Assembly (NCBI GenBank): GCA_023266935.1
Contig: JAHFOF010000001.1
Span: 27 to 64,026 of the forward strand
DNA from: a bacterium
GTDB taxonomy: Bacteria; Patescibacteriota; Minisyncoccia; Phycocordibacterales; Zambryskibacteraceae
DNA: 64,000 nt
Direction of reading: 5' to 3'
How positions within the stretch are numbered: position 1 is the first letter of the stretch; each line of letters begins with the position of its first letter. A model generated the notes under the pieces. It made no database searches and was not told the DNA's origin. It saw nothing but the letters and a program-made list of their open reading frames with translations. The translations under genes and the position numbers were made by a program. Positions 9,826-19,489 of the stretch are shown piece by piece.

Positions 9826-10449
9826 CTAGGCAGCGATGTCCTCGAGTTCCTTGGACAGGTCCTCAGCGAAACCTTCGTCCATCACCTGCTCCTGCAGAGC
9901 GACGACTTGCTTGACCTCGCTCTGAAGAGCAATGAGGTACTGATTGATCTCGTTGTAAGCCACAACGAGATCCTCGTAGGTGGCGTTCGACTTCGGGTCC
10001 AGAAGGTCGCGAAGCCGTGTCTGCAGAGAGAAAATCTCGTCGGCCTTGGCTTCCAGCACCTCCGGTGCCGTTTTTCGGATCACTTGCATCACGTTGTCCT
10101 GATGATCAAAGGTTCCTGAAAGGAACCCCTCGAACTTGTCATACAGCTCATCCGTGATGCTCTGCGCCATAGAAATGACGCGAAGGATCTGGCCGTCATC
10201 TGTCTTCTGCTTCGCTCGGACCTTGTCCACCTGCGCATTGCAGAACAGAACGAGCCTCTTGATGCTGTTGTCGGGGCCAGAGGGAAGCCGGAACCCGCCG
10301 AGCAACTTCAAGATGCCAAGGATGTACTTCATGTTCTTGATCGCGACGACGAGTTGCGCAAGCGGACGATCTTCCGGCTTTGGCTTGGACGTCTTTCCCC
10401 TACGGGTGATCCTTGCCTTCTTCTGATGTTTCTGCGCACTCGGGGTCAT
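9826..10449 (-). CDS. Hypothetical protein (GC-rich orphan, helical, 207 aa)
   Basis: AGGAGG RBS before ATG, basic N-terminus, acidic C-terminus, hairpin at about 9757-9781 downstream. Confidence 0.7.
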   Translation of the reverse strand: MTPSAQKHQKKARITRRGKTSKPKPEDRPLAQLVVAIKNMKYILGILKLLGGFRLPSGPDNSIKRLVLFCNAQVDKVRAKQKTDDGQILRVISMAQSITDELYDKFEGFLSGTFDHQDNVMQVIRKTAPEVLEAKADEIFSLQTRLRDLLDPKSNATYEDLVVAYNEINQYLIALQSEVKQVVALQEQVMDEGFAEDLSKELEDIAA

Positions 10450-10494
10450 GATGCCCTCCTGGGCAATGTGTGTAGAGCGGTAGGCGTTTTTGCC

Positions 10495-10535
10495 TATCTA
10501 CTTACCACGCTAGCACACTTGATGTAAAATGTCAA
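10495..10535 (-). promoter_or_regulatory. Sigma70-like promoter, copy 2 of a duplicated motif
   Basis: TTGACA-N17-TAGCGT; same spacer and downstream AAGTAGATA as copy 1. Confidence 0.65.
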
Positions 10536-10615
10536 GCATTTTATTAGACACAGAAAAGGGCTCTGTTTAGAGCCCTTTTCCAAACTAATTTGAGTATTAT
10601 CTAGCGAATACTCTC

Positions 10616-11305
10616 TTAATTCTTTCCACCCATTTCTCCACGAAGTCGTTCGATGAATCGGCCAGCTGCTTCCTGTCCCCCGAGACCAAATGAAAGGCCA
10701 AGAGCGAGAGAGATAGCAATCACTATACCAGTGAAGAGAGTTTGGCTGAATGCTGCTGCAATACCAAGCTGAGAAAGAGCGACGAGTACTGCGAAAATCC
10801 AAACTGCCCACTTGGCCAAAGTTCCTGCGAAATGCGCAGAACGAACTTCAGCAGTCTTTGCTGCAGTAACCACGATTCTTTCTGTGACATCACCCACAAC
10901 ACCTCCAACCAATAGGATGAGGGCTGCGACGATAACACGAGGAAGATACGCGATAACTACTTGTTGAAGGAAAAGGTTAACTTGTGTGAGGCCTAAGATA
11001 TCAAAGGCTGCCACAAGGAAAACCAATATCACAAACCACTTGACCAAACCACCGATGAAAGCACCTGAATCGAGATTTACTCCACCTCGTCTTAGGAAAC
11101 TCTCAAATCCTGCTCGGCGAAGTGCCTCGTCCACACGAAGTGAACGGAAAACTTGCCAGATTGCTCGGCCGAAGAGTGCACCGATAAGCCATCCGAGGAT
11201 GACGATGATAAGGGCGATAACAAGGTTCGGCACAAAGTTCACTACTCCCAACCAGAGATTCTGGAAAGAAAGAGTCAACACTTGTTGCCATGTGTTTAGA
11301 ATCAT
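10616..11305 (-). CDS. Conserved TM-helix repeat membrane protein (MscS/CmpX-like TM region)
   Basis: FVPNLVIALIIVILGW, YLPRVIVAALIL, ALGLSFGLGG repeats. Confidence 0.8.
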   Translation of the reverse strand: MILNTWQQVLTLSFQNLWLGVVNFVPNLVIALIIVILGWLIGALFGRAIWQVFRSLRVDEALRRAGFESFLRRGGVNLDSGAFIGGLVKWFVILVFLVAAFDILGLTQVNLFLQQVVIAYLPRVIVAALILLVGGVVGDVTERIVVTAAKTAEVRSAHFAGTLAKWAVWIFAVLVALSQLGIAAAFSQTLFTGIVIAISLALGLSFGLGGQEAAGRFIERLRGEMGGKN

Positions 11306-11428
11306 ATGTTCTTAACTGAAAAATACTTTAAGCTTTTAAATACCACTATATAGGGAACGTATTTATTATATACCTCTTTATTTCTAAAAAATGGCTTAAC
11401 CGTGTGGACTGTGGATAGAGAAACAAAT

Positions 11429-11989
11429 TTAAATGCCTAATTTATTGAGGATTTTGTGATTTTGAGAGTCTAGTATGTCTAAAATAAGCTTGTCATACAT
11501 CCCAAATCTATAGTGGAAATCTGCTGTTTCAAACGCGGCATAGCGAATCTCTTTACCTAATTCAGCTTCTATCCCTGAAATGGCTTTGGTAATCTTGGGT
11601 TTCTTCAAATGATCCCCTACTATTAAAAGATCCACTCGTGCTTCATTATCATGAAGAAAAATGCCTGAAACTAAAATAAGTTTTACTACTCCGACCTTTG
11701 CTAATCGTTTAACTATTTCTTTATCAGAAATGGGGCCTACATCAATTAGAAAATCTTGGAGAGGTTTAAGATGCGGATAATCTTTATTCAATGAATATCC
11801 TCGAGAACGCTTCTTTAAAAGTTTGGCTTTAATTAATTCGTTTAAACTTCTTCGAACAGTATTAGTTCTTTCTTTCGTACGATCAGTTACAGTTCTAAAC
11901 TCATAGGTGCTATCAGGATTAAAAACAAACATACGAATAATCTTCACCTTGGCCTCCCCTCCGAATATGCTAGATACTGATTTAGTCAT
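11429..11989 (-). CDS. Putative winged-HTH protein with C-terminal nucleotidyltransferase-like domain
   Basis: N-terminal HTH-like segment; LILVSGIF...VDLLIVGD resembles a minimal NTase fold. Confidence 0.6.
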   Translation of the reverse strand: MTKSVSSIFGGEAKVKIIRMFVFNPDSTYEFRTVTDRTKERTNTVRRSLNELIKAKLLKKRSRGYSLNKDYPHLKPLQDFLIDVGPISDKEIVKRLAKVGVVKLILVSGIFLHDNEARVDLLIVGDHLKKPKITKAISGIEAELGKEIRYAAFETADFHYRFGMYDKLILDILDSQNHKILNKLGI

Positions 11990-12060
11990 GCGCCCATTCT
12001 ACACTTATAAAAAAGCAAAAACCACCCGAGGATGGCTTTGCTAATTCAACGATTTATGGC

Positions 12061-12450
12061 TTATTTTAATGTAACCTTCCCCCCTGCTTCCTCGATTTTC
12101 TTCTTGAGTTCTGCTGCTTCTTCTTTCTTCATGCCTGCCTTGAGCATCGAAGGAGCTGCATCGACGAGGTCCTTGGCTTCTTTCAAACCGAGTCCGAGGA
12201 CTTCCTTCACTACCTTGATGACTGCAATCTTCGCTGCTCCACCATCAGTAAGTTCAACATCTGCTGTTGACTTCTCATCCTCTGCTGGACCGGCTACTGC
12301 TGGGCCTGCGGCTGCAACAGCTGTAGCTGATACGCCGAATTTGTCTTCGAATACCTTGACCAATTCGTTTAACTCTAGGACGGACATCTCTTCGATTTCC
12401 TTCACTATCTTTTCGAATTTAGCTGGTACTGCTTTTGTTTCGTCTGACAT
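12061..12450 (-). CDS. rplL: 50S ribosomal protein L7/L12
   Basis: [31 protein letters not shown]. Confidence 0.98.
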   Translation of the reverse strand: MSDETKAVPAKFEKIVKEIEEMSVLELNELVKVFEDKFGVSATAVAAAGPAVAGPAEDEKSTADVELTDGGAAKIAVIKVVKEVLGLGLKEAKDLVDAAPSMLKAGMKKEEAAELKKKIEEAGGKVTLK

Positions 12451-12461
12451 ATTTTTAATGA

Positions 12462-12950
12462 TTAATTTTTAGTTTGAGCAATCTGACTAAGCGCGACTGC
12501 GAAGCGCTGAATTGGAGAATTGATGATATTCACAAACTTACCTCGCAAAACTTCGAGCGTAGGAATGAGAGCGATGTCTTCCATCTCTCTCTTGGTCATG
12601 TATCGTCCTTCGAAAACTCCACCAAGAATGTTTAATCCTTCTGGAAATTTTTTCTGGAAACCATATACTCCGCGAGCTGGTGCAACGAGGTCTTCTGACC
12701 ATGCGACTGCGAGTTCGCCTGAGAGTTCGGGTTGTTCACCACCAAACTTTTCATCGGCGAGCACTCGTTTGGTCAAAGATTTCTTGGCCACAGTATATGA
12801 GACACCGTCACCCTTTAAGGCTCGGCGCATGGCTGAAGCTTCAGAAACTTTGAGTCCGTGGAAGTTCACGAAAACTAGAGACTTGGCTCCTTTGAGCGCG
12901 CTCTTTAGTTTATCTACAATTTCTCCTTTCTTGATTCGTGATATTGCCAT
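12462..12950 (-). CDS. rplJ: 50S ribosomal protein L10
   Basis: [27 protein letters not shown]; directly upstream of rplL. Confidence 0.95.
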   Translation of the reverse strand: MAISRIKKGEIVDKLKSALKGAKSLVFVNFHGLKVSEASAMRRALKGDGVSYTVAKKSLTKRVLADEKFGGEQPELSGELAVAWSEDLVAPARGVYGFQKKFPEGLNILGGVFEGRYMTKREMEDIALIPTLEVLRGKFVNIINSPIQRFAVALSQIAQTKN

Positions 12951-13045
12951 CTGATAAATAGCTTCTAGCGACTAGGTTTTAGCTGCTAGCTTAACTAATA
13001 AAAAAACACCCCTGTAAGGCGCCGACAATGTAAAACATTGAGAGT

Positions 13046-13125
13046 TAGTCTCGGCAGGACCTCTTGGGTTTCCTAGAAGCTTAAAGCTTGTACCTAGAAA
13101 CTACCCACGCCTGCTGTCTTTGACC
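13046..13125 (-). promoter_or_regulatory. Ribosomal protein L10 leader (autoregulatory RNA)
   Basis: Minus strand reads AAAGACAGCAGG...CTTTAAG...CCTGCCGAG, the L10-leader signature, upstream of rplJ and downstream of a TTGACA promoter at about 13137-13164. Confidence 0.8.
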
Positions 13126-13282
13126 TTACCTGCACCACTTTATAGAAAAACAGAATTTTGTCAATTATTTTTCAACCTTGATTTTTTCTACTAATACAGT
13201 TCCTTTATACATATTGTTTTCAAATTCGGTCTCTTGTTTAAGAACTTTGGTAGATAAAAAACCCGACTTTCATGTCGGGTTG

Positions 13283-13564
13283 TCAGCGCTCTTTCTTGAG
13301 TCTAGAGGCGTGGAGTTTTTTGGGAAGTAACCTGCACACATTGGCAACTCCAGAAATAGCCCACGGAACTGCCACAATGCGATTGGTCACAACCCACCGA
13401 ATATAGACTGGTGACATTCCCACCATCCGATCAAATACGTCACGGTTATTGTGCTGAACAATCCTCTCACGAATGACTTGGAGAATCAGAACATTCTCCC
13501 TCTCTGCGTCATTCAACACTGTGCCGAAGAAGTTATCTGTCAGCACTCTCTTACCTTTGAGCAT
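13283..13564 (-). CDS. Hypothetical protein (93 aa orphan)
   Basis: GGGGA RBS, TTGACA promoter about 13593-13621, hairpin plus T-run 13257-13281. Confidence 0.55.
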   Translation of the reverse strand: MLKGKRVLTDNFFGTVLNDAERENVLILQVIRERIVQHNNRDVFDRMVGMSPVYIRWVVTNRIVAVPWAISGVANVCRLLPKKLHASRLKKER

Positions 13565-13651
13565 TAATCCCCCAGAAAGAAGTATCTATCCACATCCTAC
13601 ATTTAGGATTAAGTCTGTCAATCAAAAAACTCCTTCGGGAGTTTTTTGATT

Positions 13652-13677
13652 TTACTTGTAGTAAGCTTGTCGAACTA
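13652..13677 (-). repeat. Junction element, copy after rplB
   Basis: TAG TTCGACAAGCTTACTACAAGTAA. Confidence 0.8.
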
Positions 13678-14514
13678 TTTCTTGCCAACTTTTCTTCGGC
13701 GGACAATGTGTTTGTTTGAGTATTTCTTGCTTCGGCGAGATTTCTGACCCTTGCCTGTTGGCTTCCCATATACAGAAATAGCACGTCGGCGACCACGACC
13801 CTGACGACCTTCTCCTCCTCCGTGTGGGTGGTCTACTGGGTTCTGAGCTGTTCCTCGAACCGTTGGACGAACTCCAAGCCATCTGTTTCTTCCGGCTTTC
13901 CCAAGATTGATCAGTCTGTTTTCATCATTTGAAACTTCTCCAACAGAGGCCCACGCTGTTTCAAGAACCTTGCGAACTTCGGTTGAAGGCATTTTCAAAT
14001 CCACATAACCTCCATCTTTAGCAGAAACTTCTACATAATTTCCACCACTTCGAGCAATTTTCGCTCCGCCCTTTGGTTTGAGTTCCACATTATAAACAAA
14101 GGTTCCAACAGGAATATTTTTTAGAGGAAGGCGATTTCCGGCAGTCAAAGGTGCTGTTTCTGAAACTACATATGTATCTCCCACTCGGGCAGATTTATGA
14201 AGCAACACATAGCGTCTTTCACCATCTTTATAAGCGACCAAACCAATAAATCCACTTCTGTTTGGATCATATTCAACTGTTTTCACCGTGAAGGGCACAT
14301 TGATTTTGTTGTAAACGAAATCAATTTCACGAAAGAGTCGTTTGTGTCCACCTCCTTTGTGTCGAGTGGTGATTCGGCCTGTATTGTTTCGACCATTCGC
14401 TCGGCGAAAACCTTTGGTTAAAGATTTAGTAGGTTCATTTGTAGTGATGAACTTACTAAAATCAATCGATGAGTTCTGTCTCTGAGATGGTGATGTTGGT
14501 TTGTGTCGCTTCAT
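13675..14514 (-). CDS. rplB: 50S ribosomal protein L2
   Basis: GRNNTGRIT, EYDPNRS, RPTVRG, NPVDHPHGGGEG. Confidence 0.99.
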   Translation of the reverse strand: MKRHKPTSPSQRQNSSIDFSKFITTNEPTKSLTKGFRRANGRNNTGRITTRHKGGGHKRLFREIDFVYNKINVPFTVKTVEYDPNRSGFIGLVAYKDGERRYVLLHKSARVGDTYVVSETAPLTAGNRLPLKNIPVGTFVYNVELKPKGGAKIARSGGNYVEVSAKDGGYVDLKMPSTEVRKVLETAWASVGEVSNDENRLINLGKAGRNRWLGVRPTVRGTAQNPVDHPHGGGEGRQGRGRRRAISVYGKPTGKGQKSRRSKKYSNKHIVRRRKVGKK

Positions 14515-14528
14515 ACAATTTATATTAT

Positions 14529-14822
14529 CTACATTACTTCAATTTTGTCTCCCTTTTTCAAGTAAACATAGGCTTTCTTGCCCCCGCCAGTAACACCGCT
14601 TTTACCTCGACGAAACACTTTTTTTGTTGGAATAGCCAATAGATGGACACGAATAGGAGTGACTTTGTATTGATCTCTAATCGAAGCAATAATCGATTTT
14701 TTTGTAGCTTCTTTGGTCACTTCAAACACATATGTGTTTTCTGCATTCGCTTTTAAAGCAGCCTTCTCGGTCACACGAGGTCGGAGGAGGACTGTTGGAT
14801 TTTTTAAATTAAGATTAGTCAT
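14529..14822 (-). CDS. rplW: 50S ribosomal protein L23
   Basis: PRVTEKA, YVFEV, KKAYVYLKKG. Confidence 0.96.
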   Translation of the reverse strand: MTNLNLKNPTVLLRPRVTEKAALKANAENTYVFEVTKEATKKSIIASIRDQYKVTPIRVHLLAIPTKKVFRRGKSGVTGGGKKAYVYLKKGDKIEVM

Positions 14823-14824
14823 GA

Positions 14825-14850
14825 TTATTTATAGTGAGCTCATCGAACTA
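14825..14850 (-). repeat. Junction element, rplD-rplW copy
   Basis: TAG TTCGATGAGCTCACTATAAATAA. Confidence 0.85.
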
Positions 14851-15534
14851 TTTTGAAGTTTGGCCAGGCAACACTTTGAGCGAAGCTTCAGGATTTTCTA
14901 TTACCACATATTTATATTTGAGCAGAGCAAGAGGATGAAGGTTTCGAGCTTCGAGTACTTCATAATTCCCCAGGTTTGACATCGCTCTCTCTACTTCTTT
15001 ATTTTTATGGGCCAGAGCAACAATGGCTGAATTTCTTTTTTTAGAAAAAATATTTTCAAAACCTTTAATCTTTGATAGATCTACAAAAGTTTGCTTGGCA
15101 ATTTTTGTTTTTGGTTCAGAAAAATTAATTGAATCGATGAACAACACTTCTCCATCTCTGAATTTTCTAGAGAGGATAGTATAAAGTGCCTTGGCTTTCA
15201 TTGATTTTGAAACTTTGCGTTCAAAACTTTTTTCGTTCCTTGGCCCATGAGTGATACCTCCACCAACCCAAATAGGCGAACGACGAGAACCGTGTCTGGC
15301 TTGTCCGGTTCCTTTCTGTTGCCACGGCTTTTTGCCTCCTCCACGTACTTCTGCGCGGTTCTTCGTATGAGCAACGGCTTTTCTAATGCTCGAAGTAAGA
15401 GAGGTGGAAACCTGGTGAACCAAATCAGAATTCCAACGCAAGTTAAAAAGCTTTTCAGGAAGTTTGATGCTTCCACTTTCTTTTCCTTTTGTGCTGTAAA
15501 TTTTAGCTTCCATTTTATTTTGACTTGATTTCAA
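14848..15534 (-). CDS. rplD: 50S ribosomal protein L4
   Basis: TKNRAEVRGGGKKPWQQKGTGQARHGS. Confidence 0.98.
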   Translation of the reverse strand: MKSSQNKMEAKIYSTKGKESGSIKLPEKLFNLRWNSDLVHQVSTSLTSSIRKAVAHTKNRAEVRGGGKKPWQQKGTGQARHGSRRSPIWVGGGITHGPRNEKSFERKVSKSMKAKALYTILSRKFRDGEVLFIDSINFSEPKTKIAKQTFVDLSKIKGFENIFSKKRNSAIVALAHKNKEVERAMSNLGNYEVLEARNLHPLALLKYKYVVIENPEASLKVLPGQTSK

Positions 15535-16147
15535 CCAAAGTTCCGCGTCGTCCAGGAACAGCTCCCATGATTAGAATTTCATTTGTTTCGGGCAGAATCT
15601 TCATGATCTTTAAATTCTTGAAGGTCACACGATCGTTACCCATTCGACCAGCCATGCGCATACCTTTAGCCACACGACCTCCAGCTCGCGCTCCTCCTCC
15701 AATAGATCCCGGTTCTCGTTCAGAGTGTTTTTGCCCGTGTGAACGACGACCTCCTCCGAAACCATGTCGCTTCACTACTCCTTGGAAACCTCGACCTTTA
15801 GAGATAGCCGTCACAGTCACTTTCTCTCCTTCTTTAAAGATTGAAGAATCTATTACATCCCCCACATTCATTTCTGTATCTCTTTCATCCAATCTGTACT
15901 CTTTCATATGAGCAAACTTTTCGCCCTTCAGGTGTCCGGTCAAAGCTTTGTTGATGTTTTTTTCTTTCTTCTCACCGAATCCAATTTGATGTGCTTTATA
16001 ACCATCTCGAGTGATAGTTTTCACTTGAGTAATCTTCGAAGGAGTAGCCGAGAGGACAGTCACAGCGAAAGACTTCCCGACTTCGTCGAAAATTTGGGTC
16101 ATATTCACTTTTTTAGCAAGAAGAAATTTCATTTGTTTCATCGGCAA
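15515..16147 (-). CDS. rplC: 50S ribosomal protein L3 (true start may be 16141 or 16132)
   Basis: MTQIF, SKGRGFQGVVKRHGF, MAGRMG, GAVPG. Confidence 0.97.
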   Translation of the reverse strand: MPMKQMKFLLAKKVNMTQIFDEVGKSFAVTVLSATPSKITQVKTITRDGYKAHQIGFGEKKEKNINKALTGHLKGEKFAHMKEYRLDERDTEMNVGDVIDSSIFKEGEKVTVTAISKGRGFQGVVKRHGFGGGRRSHGQKHSEREPGSIGGGARAGGRVAKGMRMAGRMGNDRVTFKNLKIMKILPETNEILIMGAVPGRRGTLVEIKSK

Positions 16148-16165
16148 TGAACCGACAGTTCGAAC

Positions 16166-16564
16166 TTAAACTAACTTCACATCAATGTTCACGCCCGAAG
16201 GCAAAGACAAGTTTGTGAGAGCTTCGATAATCTTTGGTGTGGGATTAATGATATCGATCAACCTGTTGTGGATTCGCATCTCAAATTGTTCTCGCGCATT
16301 TTTGTAGACGAATGCCGCACGGTTCACCGTATATTTCTTAATCGCAGTGGGCAAAGGAATCGGCCCTTGAATCTGCGCATCATAGCGCAGAGCAGTGTCG
16401 ATAATTTGCTTCACCGAAAGATCGAGTATCTTTGACTCGTAGGCACGAACACGGATGCGGAGTAACGATGTCTCCACTTCGGCTGATGCTTTAGGTTTAG
16501 ATACTTTTTTTACCTTTTCTCCTTCAATTTTAGGAGTTTTGGTTTTTGTGGCAATTTTGGCCAT
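16166..16564 (-). CDS. rpsJ: 30S ribosomal protein S10 with Lys-rich N-terminal extension
   Basis: LRIRVRAYE, GPIPLPT, REQFEMRIH. Confidence 0.96.
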   Translation of the reverse strand: MAKIATKTKTPKIEGEKVKKVSKPKASAEVETSLLRIRVRAYESKILDLSVKQIIDTALRYDAQIQGPIPLPTAIKKYTVNRAAFVYKNAREQFEMRIHNRLIDIINPTPKIIEALTNLSLPSGVNIDVKLV

Positions 16565-16591
16565 TGTAAGGTACTTCGGTTTAATTAGATC

Positions 16592-17785
16592 TTATTTGAC
16601 GATCTTGGTAACCACACCCGCACCCACAGTCTTGCCTCCTTCACGGATAGCGAAGCGCTGTTGGTCTTCGAGAGCAACTGGGGCTACAAGCTTCACTTGG
16701 AAAGTGACTGTGTCTCCTGGCATAACCATCTCTACTCCTGCAGCCAAAGTTACTTCTCCAGTCACATCTGTTGTTCGGATATAGAACTGTGGTTTATATC
16801 CAGTGAAGAATGGGGTGTGTCGACCACCTTCCTCTTTTTTAAGAATATAGACTTCAGCTGTGAATTCAGTATGAGGAGTAACTGAACCGGTCTTGGCAAT
16901 AACCTGACCTCGGTGGAGGTCTTCTTTCTTCGCACCGCGAAGAAGAATACCTGCATTGTCTCCTGCTTGACCTTCTTGAAGGTTCTTGTTGAACATTTCA
17001 ATACCAGTCACCACTGTCTTCGAAGTGTCTTTGATACCAACGATTTCTACTTCTTCACCAACCTTTACTCGACCTCTTTCGATACGGCCAGTAACCACAG
17101 TTCCTCGACCTTCGATTGAGAAGATGTCTTCAATCGGCATGAGGAATGGTTTGTCCAAATCTCGAACTGGAATTGGGAAATAAGTATCGAGAGCATTAAC
17201 CAAATCAAGAATCTTCATTGACCATTCGTCTGTGTTGTCCTTGGCTTCAAGAGCTTTGAGAGCTGAACCTCGGATAACTGGAGCATTTTCTCCATCGAAT
17301 TCGTATTTCTTTAGAAGATCACGAACTTCTTCTTCAACAAGGTCGATGAGTTCTTTATCAGGAACCATGTCACATTTGTTGAGGAAAACAATAATCTTTG
17401 GTACTCCAACCTGCTTTGCAAGAAGGATGTGTTCACGAGTTTGAGGCATCACTCCGTCTGTAGCTGCAACCACGAGGATAGCACCGTCCATTTGAGCGGC
17501 ACCAGTAATCATGTTTTTGATGTAGTCAGCGTGTCCAGGAGCGTCTACGTGTGCGTAGTGTCTTGTGTCTGAATTGTATTCAGAGTGAGAAAGGGAGATA
17601 GTAATACCTCGGGCCTTTTCTTCAGGTGTCTTATCTATATCATCCACGCTCTTAACCGTCGCTTCCTTGCCTGCGCGGTGAAGCACATTCAAAATTGCTG
17701 CGGTGAGAGTCGTCTTGCCGTGGTCAACGTGTCCGATGGTACCAACGTTGATGTGTGGCTTTGTACGATTAAATTCTCCTGCCAT
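16592..17785 (-). CDS. tuf: Elongation factor Tu
   Basis: [30 protein letters not shown]. Confidence 0.99.
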   Translation of the reverse strand: MAGEFNRTKPHINVGTIGHVDHGKTTLTAAILNVLHRAGKEATVKSVDDIDKTPEEKARGITISLSHSEYNSDTRHYAHVDAPGHADYIKNMITGAAQMDGAILVVAATDGVMPQTREHILLAKQVGVPKIIVFLNKCDMVPDKELIDLVEEEVRDLLKKYEFDGENAPVIRGSALKALEAKDNTDEWSMKILDLVNALDTYFPIPVRDLDKPFLMPIEDIFSIEGRGTVVTGRIERGRVKVGEEVEIVGIKDTSKTVVTGIEMFNKNLQEGQAGDNAGILLRGAKKEDLHRGQVIAKTGSVTPHTEFTAEVYILKKEEGGRHTPFFTGYKPQFYIRTTDVTGEVTLAAGVEMVMPGDTVTFQVKLVAPVALEDQQRFAIREGGKTVGAGVVTKIVK

Positions 17786-18015
17786 AAAATTAGTAAATTA
17801 TTGTATTTAATTAAGTAATGTAAGTTTTGAAGCGAAGGGAGCGCGCGAGAACGGCTCTCTTCGACTCAGAACGGAAATTCTGCGAAAAGTGTTGTGTTTA
17901 TTGGATTTTTTAGATTTTTAGACTAAAAAAGGCCGAACAAAAATGCACCTAACGCGTAGGCACTATCTTACGCAAAAGAGTGAAAATAGTCAACTAGTAA
18001 GCCCTTATAAAAAGA

Positions 18016-18045
18016 AAAACCCGACTACCATTTGGTGTCGGGGTT
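18016..18045 (-). terminator. Intrinsic terminator-like hairpin
   Basis: Plus strand AAAAACCCGAC...GTCGGGGTT gives a stem followed by a T-run on the minus strand. Confidence 0.6.
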
Positions 18046-18420
18046 GCTTTGAAGCAAATGATTGAAACGAAAGAGCTCGCGTGAGCCCGGGGCGGCGACG
18101 GGTTGCGTACCGTCTACCGCGCCCGAGTCACGCTCCCGCGATGTGCCAAGCGCTTGGCCGACAACCACGGGGGTCGTACCAATGCCCTCTTGATTTTCGC
18201 TTTCTGCCTGGGGCCCGGGCTAAAGCTAGTTCCAATTTTTAACTACAATCACGAATGGGAGGTCTGGAACGAATGTTCCCTTTCCATCCGGCGGTACTGA
18301 TGCTTTTGGGGTTCTGCAGAACCCTACTAGGCTCCGCGATTCCTCTTTGGTTTGCTCCGCTTTTCTTTTGCTCGATGATCTTCGCTCAATTACACGGATG
18401 TCGAGCCACACCCGCTTCTA
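18046..18420 (-). other. GC-rich putative transcription unit without a convincing ORF (candidate ncRNA)
   Basis: TTGACA-N16-TATTAT at 18427-18454 and terminator at 18016-18045 bracket it. Confidence 0.35.
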
Positions 18421-18535
18421 TCTTCCATAATACACCTTTCGGGTCTTTTGTCAAGCGGTTTTATCATTTCATTTATCTAAATCCTAAAATACCCATAATT
18501 TTAGCCATAAAAAAGCCCCGCGGGTGCGGGGTGTA

Positions 18536-18826
18536 TCATTGATTGTTAGTGACGAGGTCTCGAGATTCGTATTTGGTCTTACGAATGGGTTCAAGGAGAC
18601 TCACTGCCACAATCCTGAACTTTTTGTCTTTGGACCTGTAGAGTACGAGTTCGATTCTACAGCGAAACTTCGTTCGACCGTCGCTTGGTTGCATATCTGA
18701 GGCATGAGCAACCACGTACTTCGTCACCATCCCATGCAAATGAAGTACAGATTGCCAATGAAAGTTGTCTTGGCTCCTATCACGCTCGTATCGAAATACG
18801 AGCTCGATAATCTTGCCCTTTTTCAT
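18536..18826 (-). CDS. Hypothetical protein (96 aa, basic)
   Basis: ATG ORF between a TTGACT promoter-like site near 18900 and a hairpin at about 18509-18532. Confidence 0.55.
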   Translation of the reverse strand: MKKGKIIELVFRYERDRSQDNFHWQSVLHLHGMVTKYVVAHASDMQPSDGRTKFRCRIELVLYRSKDKKFRIVAVSLLEPIRKTKYESRDLVTNNQ

Positions 18827-18906
18827 ACGTTCCGAGAGTTGAAGGTATGAGAAACCGTGAACGTCTTATTTAAATCTGCCCCAAAGCAAGAAAATAGTCA
18901 ATAAAA

Positions 18907-19398
18907 TTATTCCTTTGCTGTCTTTACATAATCGACCACTCTATCCATATTGTTATTGATGTAGGCAATCCTATTGTATTTAGTCCACAATTCTTTTGCT
19001 TCTTCGTAGGAAATGGCTACCCCATCAACTTCACCAGTGATCACATCTTCATGAGTAGGTGACAAGCTGTTTATTTGTAATTCAGGTATAACATTGCCTG
19101 CGCTATCCAAATCTGTAAAACCCAATTTTGAACCCGATCTTGCAAATATATTTTTTAAAATAATTTTCTTACCATCTATTTCTCCAGTTATCACGGCTTC
19201 TTTCTGAACATCTCCGTTTTTTAAGTATGTTGGTTCGCTGATTTCTAATTTTAGATCTGTAGTTTTCAGTAATTCTCTTTCTTCGTTAGATAAATTGTTA
19301 AAGGCGTTTTCTCTCACAACAGAGCTTACTACTTGCTGTTCGTTCGCATTTTCGTGCAACATTTGCTGTGACTCTGCCCATGTTTTTGGTTCTTCCAT
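18907..19398 (-). CDS. Hypothetical acidic protein (163 aa)
   Basis: ATG ORF preceded by TGTTATAAT extended -10. Confidence 0.65.
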   Translation of the reverse strand: MEEPKTWAESQQMLHENANEQQVVSSVVRENAFNNLSNEERELLKTTDLKLEISEPTYLKNGDVQKEAVITGEIDGKKIILKNIFARSGSKLGFTDLDSAGNVIPELQINSLSPTHEDVITGEVDGVAISYEEAKELWTKYNRIAYINNNMDRVVDYVKTAKE

Positions 19399-19489
19399 AA
19401 AATTTAACTATTTTTTAATTTATAAATTATAACATTAATAAAAAATCCCCGATTGGAGATTTTTTATTCTTCCGAGGAGACTCTCCGGA

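Noticed and set aside
18046-18420. RNase P RNA or tmRNA
   Set aside because: No GAGGAAAGTCC/P4 signature and no tRNA-like acceptor or T-arm found on either strand.
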